A DNA stretch of 64,000 nucleotides from Nemertoderma westbladi (Eukaryota > Animalia > Xenacoelomorpha): NCBI GenBank assembly GCA_032718475.1, contig JAUCBJ010001932.1:1-64000 (forward strand). Direction: 5' to 3'. The position numbers were made by a program, and so were the translations under genes. Numbering within the stretch: the stretch's first letter is position 1; every line of letters begins with the position of its first letter. The notes beneath the pieces were generated by a model that had not been told where the DNA came from, did no database searches, and saw only the letters and a list, made by a program, of their open reading frames with translations. Shown piece after piece: positions 39,948-51,900 of the stretch.

Positions 39948-40603
39948 TGTGACAGGATCATAGATCCCGACAGGGTTAGATATGTACGCGTCACCATTTG
40001 CTGGAGCAGCTGTGTTATAGTCACTTTGGCCGAAGGCCGTCGGGAAAATAAGAGAGTTTGTGTTTCTCAATATTAATCTTCCGAAATGATAATAGCACAG
40101 GACTATGTATGTAATGAATATCACAATACAAAATAACAGCAGAAAATACAACACAGATATTAATCGGTTATGTTGGTAATGGTGACGGTCATAAACTATG
40201 ATCGGTCTGTAACTCTGTAACTAATGAACTGACCGGTAAATCAGTAGTACAGAATAATATATGATTGATACAAACATATATTGGTTTCACCTCTTACTTT
40301 ACTTGGCCCTCTGTACCCAGTGGATGCTTTCCTATCTCTAATCACATGCTTCCATCCCCGCTATTGGCTAATACACTAATTGTCACTTTCCCCCTGCCGC
40401 TAGCCTATACTAGCTCTGTTCTCCCTCCGAGGTGGTTTGACCTCTCACCTTTCTCTGTAGCTTTAGGGCTTGTGCCACCCACCTCCCAAAGTTGGTTATG
40501 AGGCGAGATTATTATTGGTAATCTCGTATCCCCAACTATATTGATAAAATGCCACTGTTCCCATTCTAACGTGGATAGTGTAATCGAATTGAATCCGCTT
40601 ACA
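39948..40603 (-). repeat. 5' LTR (656 bp) of the minus-strand BEL/Pao element
   Basis: Element-sense TGTAAGCG...GATCCTGTCACA; the 3' end matches GATCCCGTCACA of the + element LTR, which is how the boundary was placed. Confidence 0.8.
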
Positions 40604-41515
40604 ATTAAAAGTCATTAATTCGGCCTTGGTAGCATTTATATGCAATGCAACCTACGTAGGAGCCCTCTCCACTTTATTCAATAGAAGCACCAGTACACCA
40701 GCCAGGATTGGGAAGAACTCCGTTTCACCATCTGGTGAGAGACCTTAGCTTCTTTGTCACAATATAATAATCCAATGCCAGCCACAATTACCTCTGGTAT
40801 TCCATAAGCTCTTAAGATTTCCAGCATTTTCCCTCTATCGATTGAGTCGAATGCTTTCTTGAAGTCCACAACAGTCGGACAGTAGTGGGGAGATTCTTTG
40901 ACTTATTTCCCTCAATCAGTGTCCATAGCGCAAGTATCTGAGCTATTGTTGATCTATTTGGTCGAAATCCGTTTTGCCTCTTACGCAGCAGATTCCCCTT
41001 TCAGCATCCGGTTGCAAAAATCCAATAATGGTCTGTTTAGCACTCCTGTTTTCCATACCTCCGCTGGGCTTTCATCTAATCCACTCGCTTTATTATTGGA
41101 CATGCTTTTAATGCTTCTTTGGAGTTCGGCAGGTGTGAAGTCCCCTGTCTCTATAGGTAGTGTCTTGTCATATATTTTCCTTGTAGGACTGACCTCGATG
41201 TTTGGTGGCTGCCCAAGCAAGTTGCTGAAATGAACTTTCCATTTTCCAACACGTTCTTCAGGACTATCAGCATTGAGGTGCCCCTTAGCACAACTTTTCC
41301 AACTAGATACCTCATTTACAGTTTGTCCATTTACAGTTTGTCAGGTAAGTCTTGATTGTTGCTGTATGTGAGCAGTTGTAATTGCTTCAGTTTTATGCTG
41401 TATGTACTTCTCCTGGCTGATGTTGTAGGCCAATTTAAGATCGTCATTAGCTTTTTCAACCTTGTTGATGTTTCGGTTGTTGGTTGTTCGGTTTTAACTT
41501 TGTAGGCTATCTTAA

Positions 41516-44487
41516 GGGGGGGGTATAATAATTGGGGTCAAAAAATATAAAAAAAATTTTATACCCGTTTCTTGTAGCAAATTTTATGGAGATTTCAAAT
41601 CTGTAAACAGTTTATTTCTAGCTTGTCTAGTTTTCGAGTTATGGCTCATTATATAGACACGCATCCTGAAAATTATTTGAAAAAAATGACAAAAATTAAC
41701 AAAATTTCCGGCTTGTTGCACTGAAATCATTGTATTGGCTAATAAGTTATTACAGGTTGGAATGTATTTTAGCGGGAAGTTTAAAACGAGAATTTGCACA
41801 TTGTTATGTTTTAGTTACTAACTGTATGCTGTATTGGTGTTTCAATCAATGCAATCAGCAGTTTTGACGGACACAGACTATAGAGCGTCCTCCATCTTCG
41901 AATCGAAAATTGTACATACATCGTTGACGATATAATTTTTATAATACAGTATGCCACGAATAACTCAACAACGGAAAGCAGGATTTCGAGGAACCAAGAA
42001 ACAAGATACCGGTACATTGAACCTCGCGCATATGAAATCGATTTCAGTACCGGTACCGGTAGTGCCAAAAGATCGAGAACCGTCGCTAATAGCATCGAAT
42101 CTGAATGTCCTACCCTCAGATGGAAAGTTGGAGGGATATAACGTTGTAGCAACGCAAATAATAAAGAAACTGATAATGGAGAAACATGATGATAAGCAAT
42201 GTGACGGTACAGTAGTGATAAATGAGTCACATCGTGGTTATAGTACCAATTTTGAGGGGAAATGTTCACGTTGTGATTGGCAATATTCTACTTTCACGAG
42301 CGACCAAGTTTCTCGAACAGAACCTCGTCCTGGAAGAAAAACAGCGGATGTGAATCTTCGTGCAGTACTGGCTTGGCTTTATGTTGGTGGGACCCATGGT
42401 GATGCAGAGACGTTTTCTAGAATAATGTCACTACCATCTCCTGTTGCGAAGAGAGCCTGGCAATTTCATGTCAACGAAATCTCGAAGGTCACGGAATCAC
42501 TTGCACGAGGAAATGCAAAAAATTGTGCAATGAAAGAGATTGACAGGGAAATATGTATATCTTTTGACGGTACATGGATGAAAAGAGGCCATCAATCACT
42601 TTATGGTGCCGCGTTTATCATATCCGAAAATACAGGACATGTCATTGATTTCGATGTTTGTTCAAAATACTGTAATATTTGTAGCCGCAACAAAGAAGAA
42701 GATGGCAATGCTGATCATGAGTGTAATATAAATTATTCAGGGTCCAGTTCAGGTATGGAACCTCATTTAGCTGTTAAACTATTCAATAGATCCCTATCAA
42801 ATAATGGTGTCATATATCAATCAATGGTATCGGATGGCGACAGCAGCGTTATGAAGAACATATTGGAGTCCGATCCTTACAGAGAGCAGAATGTAACAGT
42901 GCAGAAGAAAGAGTGCCTGAACCACGTTGCGAAGCGTCTATATACAGGTCTTTCCAATGCTCGCAAAACTCATAAACTTGGAGGCAAGGGAGGGTTGACT
43001 GATAGTCGATGTCACCAATTGCAGTCATATTACCGAAATACGATCGTGAAGAATATAGCAGATGTTGATATAGATAAACTCTCAGAGACTGAAAAATCAG
43101 TGCTCATAAGCACGATTCGAAGTGAAATCGTGGCTGCAACACATCACTATTGTGATTATGGAGATAATGTTGAGAAACAACATGAGTTATGCCCTGAAAA
43201 TAAGTGGTGTAAATTCAAAAACAATGCTATAAGTTACAAAAATGTAACATTTATAAAAGAGGCAAACATGAAGTTTATTTTACCTGTTTATGAACGCCTA
43301 ACAACGAGCGAAATTCTGGAACGCTGTATCCCTGGCCTCACACAAAATCCGAACGAATCTCTGCATTCACGGCTATGGACTCGTCTATCTAAAGAAACGT
43401 TTGTGGGTCTAAGTACACTCATGTTTCATGTTTCGTATACTGTTTTAGTTCACAATCGGGGGTGTTCAGCAGAACAGATAATTTTGAAGAAGCTTGGCCT
43501 TGAGGAAGATGATGGTGACCTTGCAGAACGAGCAAAGAAGGTCAACCTAAAACGTAAACAGAAAAGTACTGAACACAAACCATCAAAGAAATGGCAAGCA
43601 CCCGATCATAAGTCATATAAATCTGGGGCCTTTTAATTAACTTTTTAAATTTCATTTTAAATTTTTAAATTTAATTTTAATTAATGAATATTAATATAGT
43701 GCCTAATTTGAATTATTATTTTTTATTGATTTCAGTTTTTTGTTCAAATTTTGTCAAAAAATTCACACCCTTTAACATGTCTTTTATATGAAATAATATG
43801 ACCTTAAGATTAACATGCGATAATAATACAATTTTTGGAATCTACATAAAATTTGGAACTAGATGAAAAAAATTTTATTAGAATTCACTGAGTTTATCTC
43901 ATTTAATCGAAATTTCAAAAATTTAACTTCATAATAAAATAAACAAACTTTAACTTTAAACCTGTTTTTCTCCAATTAGCATTTTTCAAACGAAAAATGC
44001 TAAGGCTCTGTCAAAAATGGCCCAAATGTGCTGATTTTTTGCATGATCGATGATTGTGGGGTCCTTTACAAAATGCATTGACAAAATTTTGATATTTTTT
44101 TAAAAACTCAATTTTTTCGAAAAATTGGGCCAAATTTTTGAAATTTTGGTCATTTTTTGGACCAAAAATGTCCCTTTTGGTGCTTTTTGCTCTTCTCGAC
44201 AAGATATCAAAATTTTGTCAATGCAAATCGTTTGGGACGTCCTACTGACTTTCTCACGTGAGTTTTGAAGTATTTGGATAATTTGGCTAGAAGCCTTAGC
44301 ATTTTTTTCATTTTTTGCCTTTTTGGCAAAATTTTGGCGAAAAAATAAAATTTTTGAAAAATTTTGAATTTTTCCAAAATTTTAATTCCTTAGTCACAAA
44401 ACTCAAAATATGACTCCTAGCAAAAAAATAATTTTAGATGCATCTATAGAGCGTCCAAAATTTATGGTCTATTATTATACCCCCCCC
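41516..44487 (+). mobile_element. Kolobok-type DNA transposon, apparently complete (2972 bp)
   Basis: TTAA TSD at 41512-41515 and 44488-44491; perfect 17-bp TIR GGGGGGGGTATAATAAT; one intact transposase ORF. Confidence 0.9.
41951..43636 (+). CDS. Kolobok DDE transposase, 561 aa
   Basis: SFDGTWMKRGH, SKYCNIC, HECNINYSGSSSGME, SDGDSS, KECLNHVAKR, TQNPNESLH; uninterrupted from ATG to stop. Confidence 0.9.
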   Translation: MPRITQQRKAGFRGTKKQDTGTLNLAHMKSISVPVPVVPKDREPSLIASNLNVLPSDGKLEGYNVVATQIIKKLIMEKHDDKQCDGTVVINESHRGYSTNFEGKCSRCDWQYSTFTSDQVSRTEPRPGRKTADVNLRAVLAWLYVGGTHGDAETFSRIMSLPSPVAKRAWQFHVNEISKVTESLARGNAKNCAMKEIDREICISFDGTWMKRGHQSLYGAAFIISENTGHVIDFDVCSKYCNICSRNKEEDGNADHECNINYSGSSSGMEPHLAVKLFNRSLSNNGVIYQSMVSDGDSSVMKNILESDPYREQNVTVQKKECLNHVAKRLYTGLSNARKTHKLGGKGGLTDSRCHQLQSYYRNTIVKNIADVDIDKLSETEKSVLISTIRSEIVAATHHYCDYGDNVEKQHELCPENKWCKFKNNAISYKNVTFIKEANMKFILPVYERLTTSEILERCIPGLTQNPNESLHSRLWTRLSKETFVGLSTLMFHVSYTVLVHNRGCSAEQIILKKLGLEEDDGDLAERAKKVNLKRKQKSTEHKPSKKWQAPDHKSYKSGAF

Positions 44488-44816
44488 TTAAGATCTTCTC
44501 TCTTACAAGTAGCCTCAGAGTTTTGCCATGGCACATACTGCTTTCGTTAGGGTTTCTGGGTTTCTGGGTGAAATGCCTCTTAGCTAATTCCTTGTGGGCT
44601 GTTATTATATTCTGGTATAATGAATAGGTAGACTGATCTGCATCCATAGCTGAAGTGCTTCAAAGCGGTTTTGAACTTCTTCTGTGTAAGCATCCTTTAC
44701 TGCTCTGCCACTGTCAGTTCTGAATTTTATCCCTGTCAAAGTTGATTCGCTTGCTTGTCCTGGGTTTTCTGGCTCTCAAACTCAGTCTAATCTCTGCAGT
44801 CACAATTCTGTGCCAA

Positions 44817-44894
44817 TCCGAACCAATTAGGTAGTTGCCTCGCTGTTAATCAACAGCATGATTAACAGCGAGGCAACTACCTAATTGGTTCGGA
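44817..44894. repeat. Perfect inverted repeat, 36-bp arms with a 6-nt loop
   Basis: TCCGAACCAATTAGGTAGTTGCCTCGCTGTTAATCA-acagca-reverse complement. Confidence 0.95.
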
Positions 44895-45078
44895 ATATTA
44901 ATTAATAAAAATATTGTTATAACTGAATTATTGTTAATAGTATATAAATACATAGGTGATTTCATGCGTGGTGATTTCATTTCTGATGTCAGTTATCATA
45001 TATGACTGAATCTCGTCTGGTTGTCATACAGTAGTTCACTCAGTCAGTCTGTCAGTAAAAATGTAAACAAACATACTA

Positions 45079-45320
45079 CCTACTGTAGCTAAAACATTCC
45101 ATATTGGGGTTTTCATTGGCTGTGATTCTTTTAATAATACTGTTTTATTGAGGAAGGCAATAAAACGCTCGTCGACTCTCATAGCTTCAGTAACTCACAT
45201 CGTCACATGACATACAGTAAAGATAAATGGCATGACTTAACTGTATGAATAATACAACTGTATTAGTATGCGTTCTCCGATATAACTCCATACGATTGGT
45301 AGTACAGTACAGTAGAGTTT
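45079..45320 (+). repeat. Third, partial copy of the duplicated segment at ~17013-17250
   Basis: Near identity from CCTACTGTAGCTAAAAC through ...GGTAGTACAGTACA. Confidence 0.9.
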
Positions 45321-45325
45321 GTTTG

Positions 45326-45866
45326 TGTTAGCTTATTCAATCCCGCTAACACCCCATAAAGTTATAAGCCGATAAGCAATATTGGGAGCCACGAGATTGG
45401 GTAATTAACCAACTCGTGGCATCCCAATAAGAATGGGAAGGAGAAGCACACAATGAGGGTCAGGGGCCAAACCCCTAACCCAGAGAGAATAGGTGGAGTG
45501 AACGGGAACACTCCAAAGGGCGCCAACAAGGGTATCAACCAATCAGAGGGGGGAAAGGCATCGATTAGGTAGAGTAACAAGGCCAACCGTGCAATATAGC
45601 CACTTGGCAGTAATAATACCAATTCAGTTATCTCAGTGCAATACCGGTGCTAGATTAGGTTACAATAGTTTTAGATAGGGAAGGACCGGGACTTTAGTTA
45701 CCGTATCCCGCCTTCCATATACGACAATATTATATCTATATCTATATCTATATCTGCATATCATATTATATACGACAAACAGTACAAGCTCATTTACTCT
45801 TTATACACGGCGGGGACGCGTGAACTAAAACCGGATAAACCGGGATTCCTCTTGGATCCCGTCACA
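45326..45866 (+). repeat. 5' LTR (541 bp)
   Basis: I see only two substitutions and one 6-bp TATATC unit of difference from the 3' LTR. Confidence 0.95.
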
Positions 45867-45933
45867 GTAACTAAATCAGCTGCCGCCCTAGATAAACTCT
45901 GTAACCACCAGCCACCAAATCTGCAGGGGAAAG

Positions 45934-48900
45934 ATGAGTCAGTCGGGTGAGATAACACCGACGCGGACCCCGGACGAAGAGCTAACGATCCGCGAGGCCG
46001 CAACCAGGCGATATAGGCCCACGACGCCGGACCCATCGATAACGGGTCATCCGGCAGTTCAGGACGAGGGGGGCCTGGAACCTGAGGTCGAGCCGAGAGG
46101 AAGAGAGAGCGAGACGGAGGGAGAAGGAGACGAGTCGACACGGGACGGGGGTCGACGCACCGATGTCGCCGGCCAGCCACAGGCCGAGGGCGACGAGCGG
46201 CCCACCGAAACGGCGACGGTGGGGCCGACGGTGCGGCCCCGGACGCAGAGAGACGAAGGAGATATCGGTACCGATGTCGCCGGCCAGCTACAGGCCGAGG
46301 GCGACGAACGGCCCACCGGAACGGCGACGGTGGGGCCGCCGGTACGACGTCCAACCCGGAGAGACGGACGAGGGGTCGGCGACGAGGACGTCGGGGTTTC
46401 TGAGCGACTTCGACGGGCCTACAACGCGACCTGGAGACTACTAGAGGAGGCCAGAAAGGGGAAAACGATAGACGAGGTAAAACTGAAGTCAGGACTAGGT
46501 AAGTCGGACAGACATTTATACTATCTAATGCATTTCGGGCAGAGAGAATTGGCCGAGGAGAGAGCGAGAAAGGTTGCCGAGGAACTGTATGACTCATGGC
46601 GGCATGGGGGTATACAACCTAGTGTAGTGTACATAGGGCCATATATAATCGATGCCCGGGGTATAAAATTAATGGGTTGGAACAGACCTGAAGGGGGCGA
46701 ATCCGAGGTTAACCCCGAGGATTCGGCCTCGTCGGTCGGAGGGAGTTCCGGGAGGAGGGGGAAAGTTAGTAGATCGGGAAGGCGGAGGGAGTCCGTCGCA
46801 ACCGATAAGTCTGCTACATCCTCCGCGAAAGAAAGACTGGTGAGAGAGGCAGGTGCCGCGTACCGTCTCGAGCTGATAGAGCAAGGTCAGAGGGAAATGG
46901 ATAAACGGCTAGAGGAGGGGAGAATGCGGCTAGAGAGGGAAGCGGCATTGATTAGAGAAACCGGAGAGAGGGCCGAAAGGGCTTTGAGAGGCCTTAGGGA
47001 GTGTGAGGAAAAGGAGGAAAAGGAGTGTAGGGAACGTGAGGCGAGAGAGGAAAGGGAACGCAAAGAGCGCGAGGCGGAACGCAAGGAGCATGAGGCAAGG
47101 GAGGAAAAGGAACGCAAAGAGCGTGAGGCGGAACGCAAGGAGCATGAGGCGAGAAAGGAAAGTGAACGTAAGGAGCGTGAAGCGAGGCGAAGGGAGAGTG
47201 CTAGGAAAGTAGTAGAGTTGGCTGAGCGGGACACGCGGGAGTGTGAGAGGAGAATGGCAGGAGCCGAGCGACACCATGATGAATTAAAGAGATGCCAAAG
47301 TGAGCTTGGGGAACATAGGGTTAGACGCGCGCACGAGCTGCAACTGGTGCGGGCGGGGGCGTCTGAGAGCGAGACAGGCTCGAGTATTTTAGAGGAGCCA
47401 GGGGCCGTGGATACATTTATTAATACCACACTTACAGGGACCGCACGACAGACCCAAAACTGGTGTGACCGTACGGGCGGGGGGGGGGGGGGGGGGGGTA
47501 ATAATGATAATGGTACAGTAGACGTGGTTAATATTAATAGTACCGTATGGGATAATTCTAATCAAACCTTTATTGCAGGAAATACTTTGCCTAGTGGTAG
47601 TAATTTAAATTTAAATCAGAACAATCTTAATATTAATGTAGAAAATAATCCTAATATTAATGTAGCTACGCAAAATAATCCAAATAATCAAAATAATAAT
47701 AATTCAAATAATTTAATTAATGAGCCAAGCCCGAATTTACAAGATAATTCAAATGATTTTATTTCGAACGAACAAGTTAATTCCGTTCCCAATACGGGAC
47801 ACGGGTGCTATTAATGTAAACACGTCGGGCGTGTATGGCCAGACAGATGGGGCCCAGGTAGGCCACGTAGTTGGTAGGCAGGGAGTGGCTGGGTTGGATG
47901 GACCCAGCGAGGGCCTGGTAGGCCACGTAGTTGGTAGGCAGGGAGTGGCTGGGTTGGATGGACCCAGCGAGGGCCTGGTAGGCCGCATAGTCGGTAGGCA
48001 GGGAGCAGAGGGCCTGGTAGGCCACGCAATAGCAGAGAGAGAGGCGGGGGTGAATAGACCCGACCGCGGTAGGGTTGATGTGTCGACTAGAGAGGGATAT
48101 AGTAGCGGGATGAGAGATAGCGAAGTTAGATGTGGCGAGTGGGGGGGGGGGGGGGGGGGGGCTACGAGAGCCCCACAACAGCGAGTTAGCGGCGAAAGGG
48201 GGGGGGGCAGAGAGTGTCCCACAGCCGTCAGCGGATAATGCGAGGGCCGAAATAGGTAAACCGCAACAACCGGCGACGGAAAGTAATAGGGGGATTGCGA
48301 GTATCCCCAGCGGCGTGCGACCGAGCAGAGAGAGACAGGTTGACGTCGTAAGAGGGCGGACGAAGCGTCGAGCCCGATCCGAAGAGGGAAGAAGAACAGT
48401 GGGGTTTAACCGGGAGGTCGACGAGAGATCTCACGGGCGGGAATACTCCACTGAAAGGAGAAGAAGAGAAGACAGTAGTAGAAGTATCGCCGCGAACGAT
48501 AGAAGAGCGAGGACGGATAGCGAGCCGTCGGTAGTCGAGATGAGAACAGAGAGTCAGTGGGGTCGGACTCCGGGAGATTGCCATCGCCCCGGAGAGACGC
48601 GACCCGGCGAGGCGCACTACGCGCCGAGAGAGGGGTACGCGATGTACCGGTACGAAGATGAGAACAGTAGAGAGGGGGGTCGAAGAGAAACTTTCCGACG
48701 GAATATACCTACCGATCGAGAATACGGTAGCCGCGGGGAGGACTACTCGAGAAGGATAAACTTCGATCCCGAGCGACACATGCAGACTGTAGGACATACT
48801 GTAGGCCTTACTACACATACCGTAGGCCATACTGAGAGAGGCAATGTAGGCGATAGGATAGCGTGGACAACGGGATTAAACCCGGAAGTCGCGGAATACA

Positions 48901-51900
48901 TACCGGCGGGTAGGCCAGAAGCTGATAGGCCTATACCGGTACCAGTACAACAGTATGACTACAGCATGCAGGGACATAACATATACCCAGGGGAGGGGGG
49001 AATTATTGCGGATAGGTGCATGGGCCCCAACATATTAACATCAACCCCAGTACCAAACATACCGGTGGGGGGGGGGGGACAGGGTGACATTCCCCCATCA
49101 CAATATCAACAATATACCCCGATAGGAGCAAGAACAACGAGACCCTTGGATGAGAATAGGTCGTGTGATACAGACATATGGAGGGGGCCGCTACCCCCGA
49201 TGACATACACAAGTCAGAGAAAGTCAAGAAATAGGACAGACGGAACGCACCAGACAGGGGAAACTATACAGCATCCGTCGAACCCATTGGAAGCACAGGC
49301 GATGGGGATGGCCACGTTGATCGACGCGTTGAAAACGAGGATCGAGCTACCACCCGTGGAACCATTCAAATTCGATGGGAGCAGGCCGGAAGAATATCTA
49401 CAGTTTCGGCGCATGTATAGTAACGAAATACTAACAAAAAACTTGACGCAGGCGGAGTGCCTAAAGTATCTGCAAGTGTACACGGGAGGCCCAGCATACG
49501 ATATCGTGAGGCAATATCAAGGAATAGAGGGCGGCTTCACGACAGCATGGCGGGCACTGGATAGGGAATACAGGCACCCGGCCAAGATCATCAGGCAGAC
49601 GCTGAGAGGCATAACATCGGGTGGCCTACAGGATAATCCCGTTAGCATTAAGACGTTCGCTAACAAAGTCGAAAAGGCGCTAATCGTGCTGAAGACGCTA
49701 GACGCGCCGTACGAGCTCAATGCGTCCAACAACATCACCACGATAGCGCAGGCACTACCAAACTGGCTGCGCAACAAGTGGAGGAAAATCGCCTTCTCCA
49801 CTCGAGATAAGAAGGGTGCGGAACCGGGTTTAGAAGAAATGTCAAACTTCTTAAACTACGAGGCTGAGCTAATAACTGACCCAGTCTATAGCGAAGACAG
49901 CCTGGGAAAGGGACCGAAGACAGAGCACAACACATCAAACGCATTACCGAGACTCAGGCAATCATTGCCATATGCAGCGACGCAGGGGACCGCAAGTCCA
50001 CAGCTAGCCGAGGATAAGACAACACCATGGAACGGACAGGGAAACAATAACAACACGAATAAACATAACCCCAGTACGTCCAGTAGGCTAAATCCAAACA
50101 ATAAGAATAGTAGGGACTTTGGTACAAACGCAACTGCGATACGCAATGCACTGTATAAAGAGGGCTACGACCCAAAGAGCAAATGCCAGCTACACGCAAA
50201 TGCGCTTCATCAAACCATGAACTGCAGGTACTGGCAGGCGCTACCTAGGCAGGATCAGATAGATTATGCGTTCAGCAATAAAATCTGCTCGCGATGTGTA
50301 ATGAGTGGACATAGAGCAAGGGAGTGCAAGGAGAAGCCAATAAAATTTGGTCAAAAGAGAGGCCAAACGATGGCGACCAGCACAGTAGGGGCGAAGGAGA
50401 GGGGAACGGTGTTACTTGGAGTATTACCAGTGCAAGTTATCGGGGAAGGCAATCGATCAGTAACAACACTAATGCTGGTTGATAGTGGAGCTGCCTTCAC
50501 ATTAGTCGAGGAATGGGTGGCCGAAGAGATAGGATTGAGAACGAGGCCAAGCAGGATGGCGGTAACAACCATCTCTAGCAAAGATGAGATCCTGGAGATG
50601 AGAACAGGACGGTGCGCAATTGCAGCAATGGCACCAGGATGCGACTATGGGGCAACCATCGACCCCATCCAAGTGATAGAGTCAATTAATATTAATGCCA
50701 GGCGACCAACCAACATCGAGGTCGAGCAGTATAAATTCCTGGACGACATTGACTTCTCAATCCCAGACGTGGACGTTAGGAAGGTGTCCATCATAGTGGG
50801 CATGGACTGCCCAACGGCCCACGAAAGAATGCAAACGGTCTTCGGCGAAGACAAGCAGAGCGACCCGGTGGCCATATTAACACCATTCGGGTGGACGCTG
50901 AGTGGTCCAATTAAGAGCAAGATACCATTTAGGATGTCGGAGACATCAGGATGCATGTTCGCGGGTACTATGCAGGAAATGGGTGACGAGGGAGCAGAGG
51001 AGCAGCTTAAAAGACTGCTCGGACAGGATTTCGAGGGACTGAAAGAAACCGGAGTCGGGACCTCAGTAGAAGACAAGCAGGCTTTACAAAGCGTGGAGGA
51101 ATCAATGACATGCGATGAGGGACGGTATACTATAGGAATGGTATGGAAACTACCGAAGATACCGCTGCCCGACAATAGGGGGATGGTACTCACGAGACTC
51201 CGCAAACTGAAACAAACACTAAAACGGAGCCCCGAGAAGAATGAGTACATCCACAGAACAATTAAGAAGTACGTCGAGAAAGGATGGGCCGTGGAGTTAC
51301 CGGTCGACGAGCCGAACACAGATAGGACATATTACCTGCCACTGCACGTGGCTTTAGATCCAAAGAAAGGTAAACTAAGGATGGTAGTCGACGCATCGGC
51401 AAAGACCGACGGAAAGTGCTTAAACGACTACCTGTTAGAAGGCCCAAACATATACAATTCGGGCATAGAGGTGTTACTTAGATTTAGAAATGGGAAACAC
51501 GCCTTCACGTGTGACATAGAAGGCATGTTCAACCAAGTCCGTGTAACGGAAGAAGATAGCGACAGTCAGCGCTTCTTATGGTATAACGGCGAGGAAGAAC
51601 CGTCGATAATACCGGCATATAAGATGGTAGTACAGAACATGGGGGCCAAGTCGTCTTCATTTACGACGACTATGGCAGTGAGAGACACAGTAAAGGGGAA
51701 GGAAGATAGATACAGCAGTAGGGCCATCGATATGATTCGACGCGGCTTCTACGTAGACGACGGAATGGAGTCTGGAAATACGGTTAAGGAGATACTGGAT
51801 ACAGGGCGCGAGGTTCGCGACATCCTAAAGGGATCCGGCTTTAACCTGACCAAATTCCAATCCAGTTCGGAAGAATTTATCAAAGCCATAGAGGACAGGA

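Larger units (their letters stand above)
32890..40603 (-). mobile_element. Internally deleted BEL/Pao LTR retrotransposon related to the 45.3-59.1-kb element
   Basis: Gag homologous to the + element (EPFKFDG...CLKYLQVYTGGPAYDIV); protease start joins directly to the integrase end near 35410 (RT/RNase H missing); 5' LTR 39948-40603, truncated 3' LTR ~32890-33109, PPT at 33110-33117. Confidence 0.9.
40620..44835 (-). mobile_element. Decayed RTE-clade LINE, split by the Kolobok transposon
   Basis: DFKKAFDSIDRGKM and GQPPNIEVSPTRK match the other RTE copies; sequence is continuous across the TTAA site. Confidence 0.85.

Noticed and set aside
41951-43636. piggyBac (TTAA TSD) or Mutator assignment
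   Set aside because: GG termini rather than CCY, and the DGTW/DGDSS/NPNES motifs with a TTAA TSD fit Kolobok.
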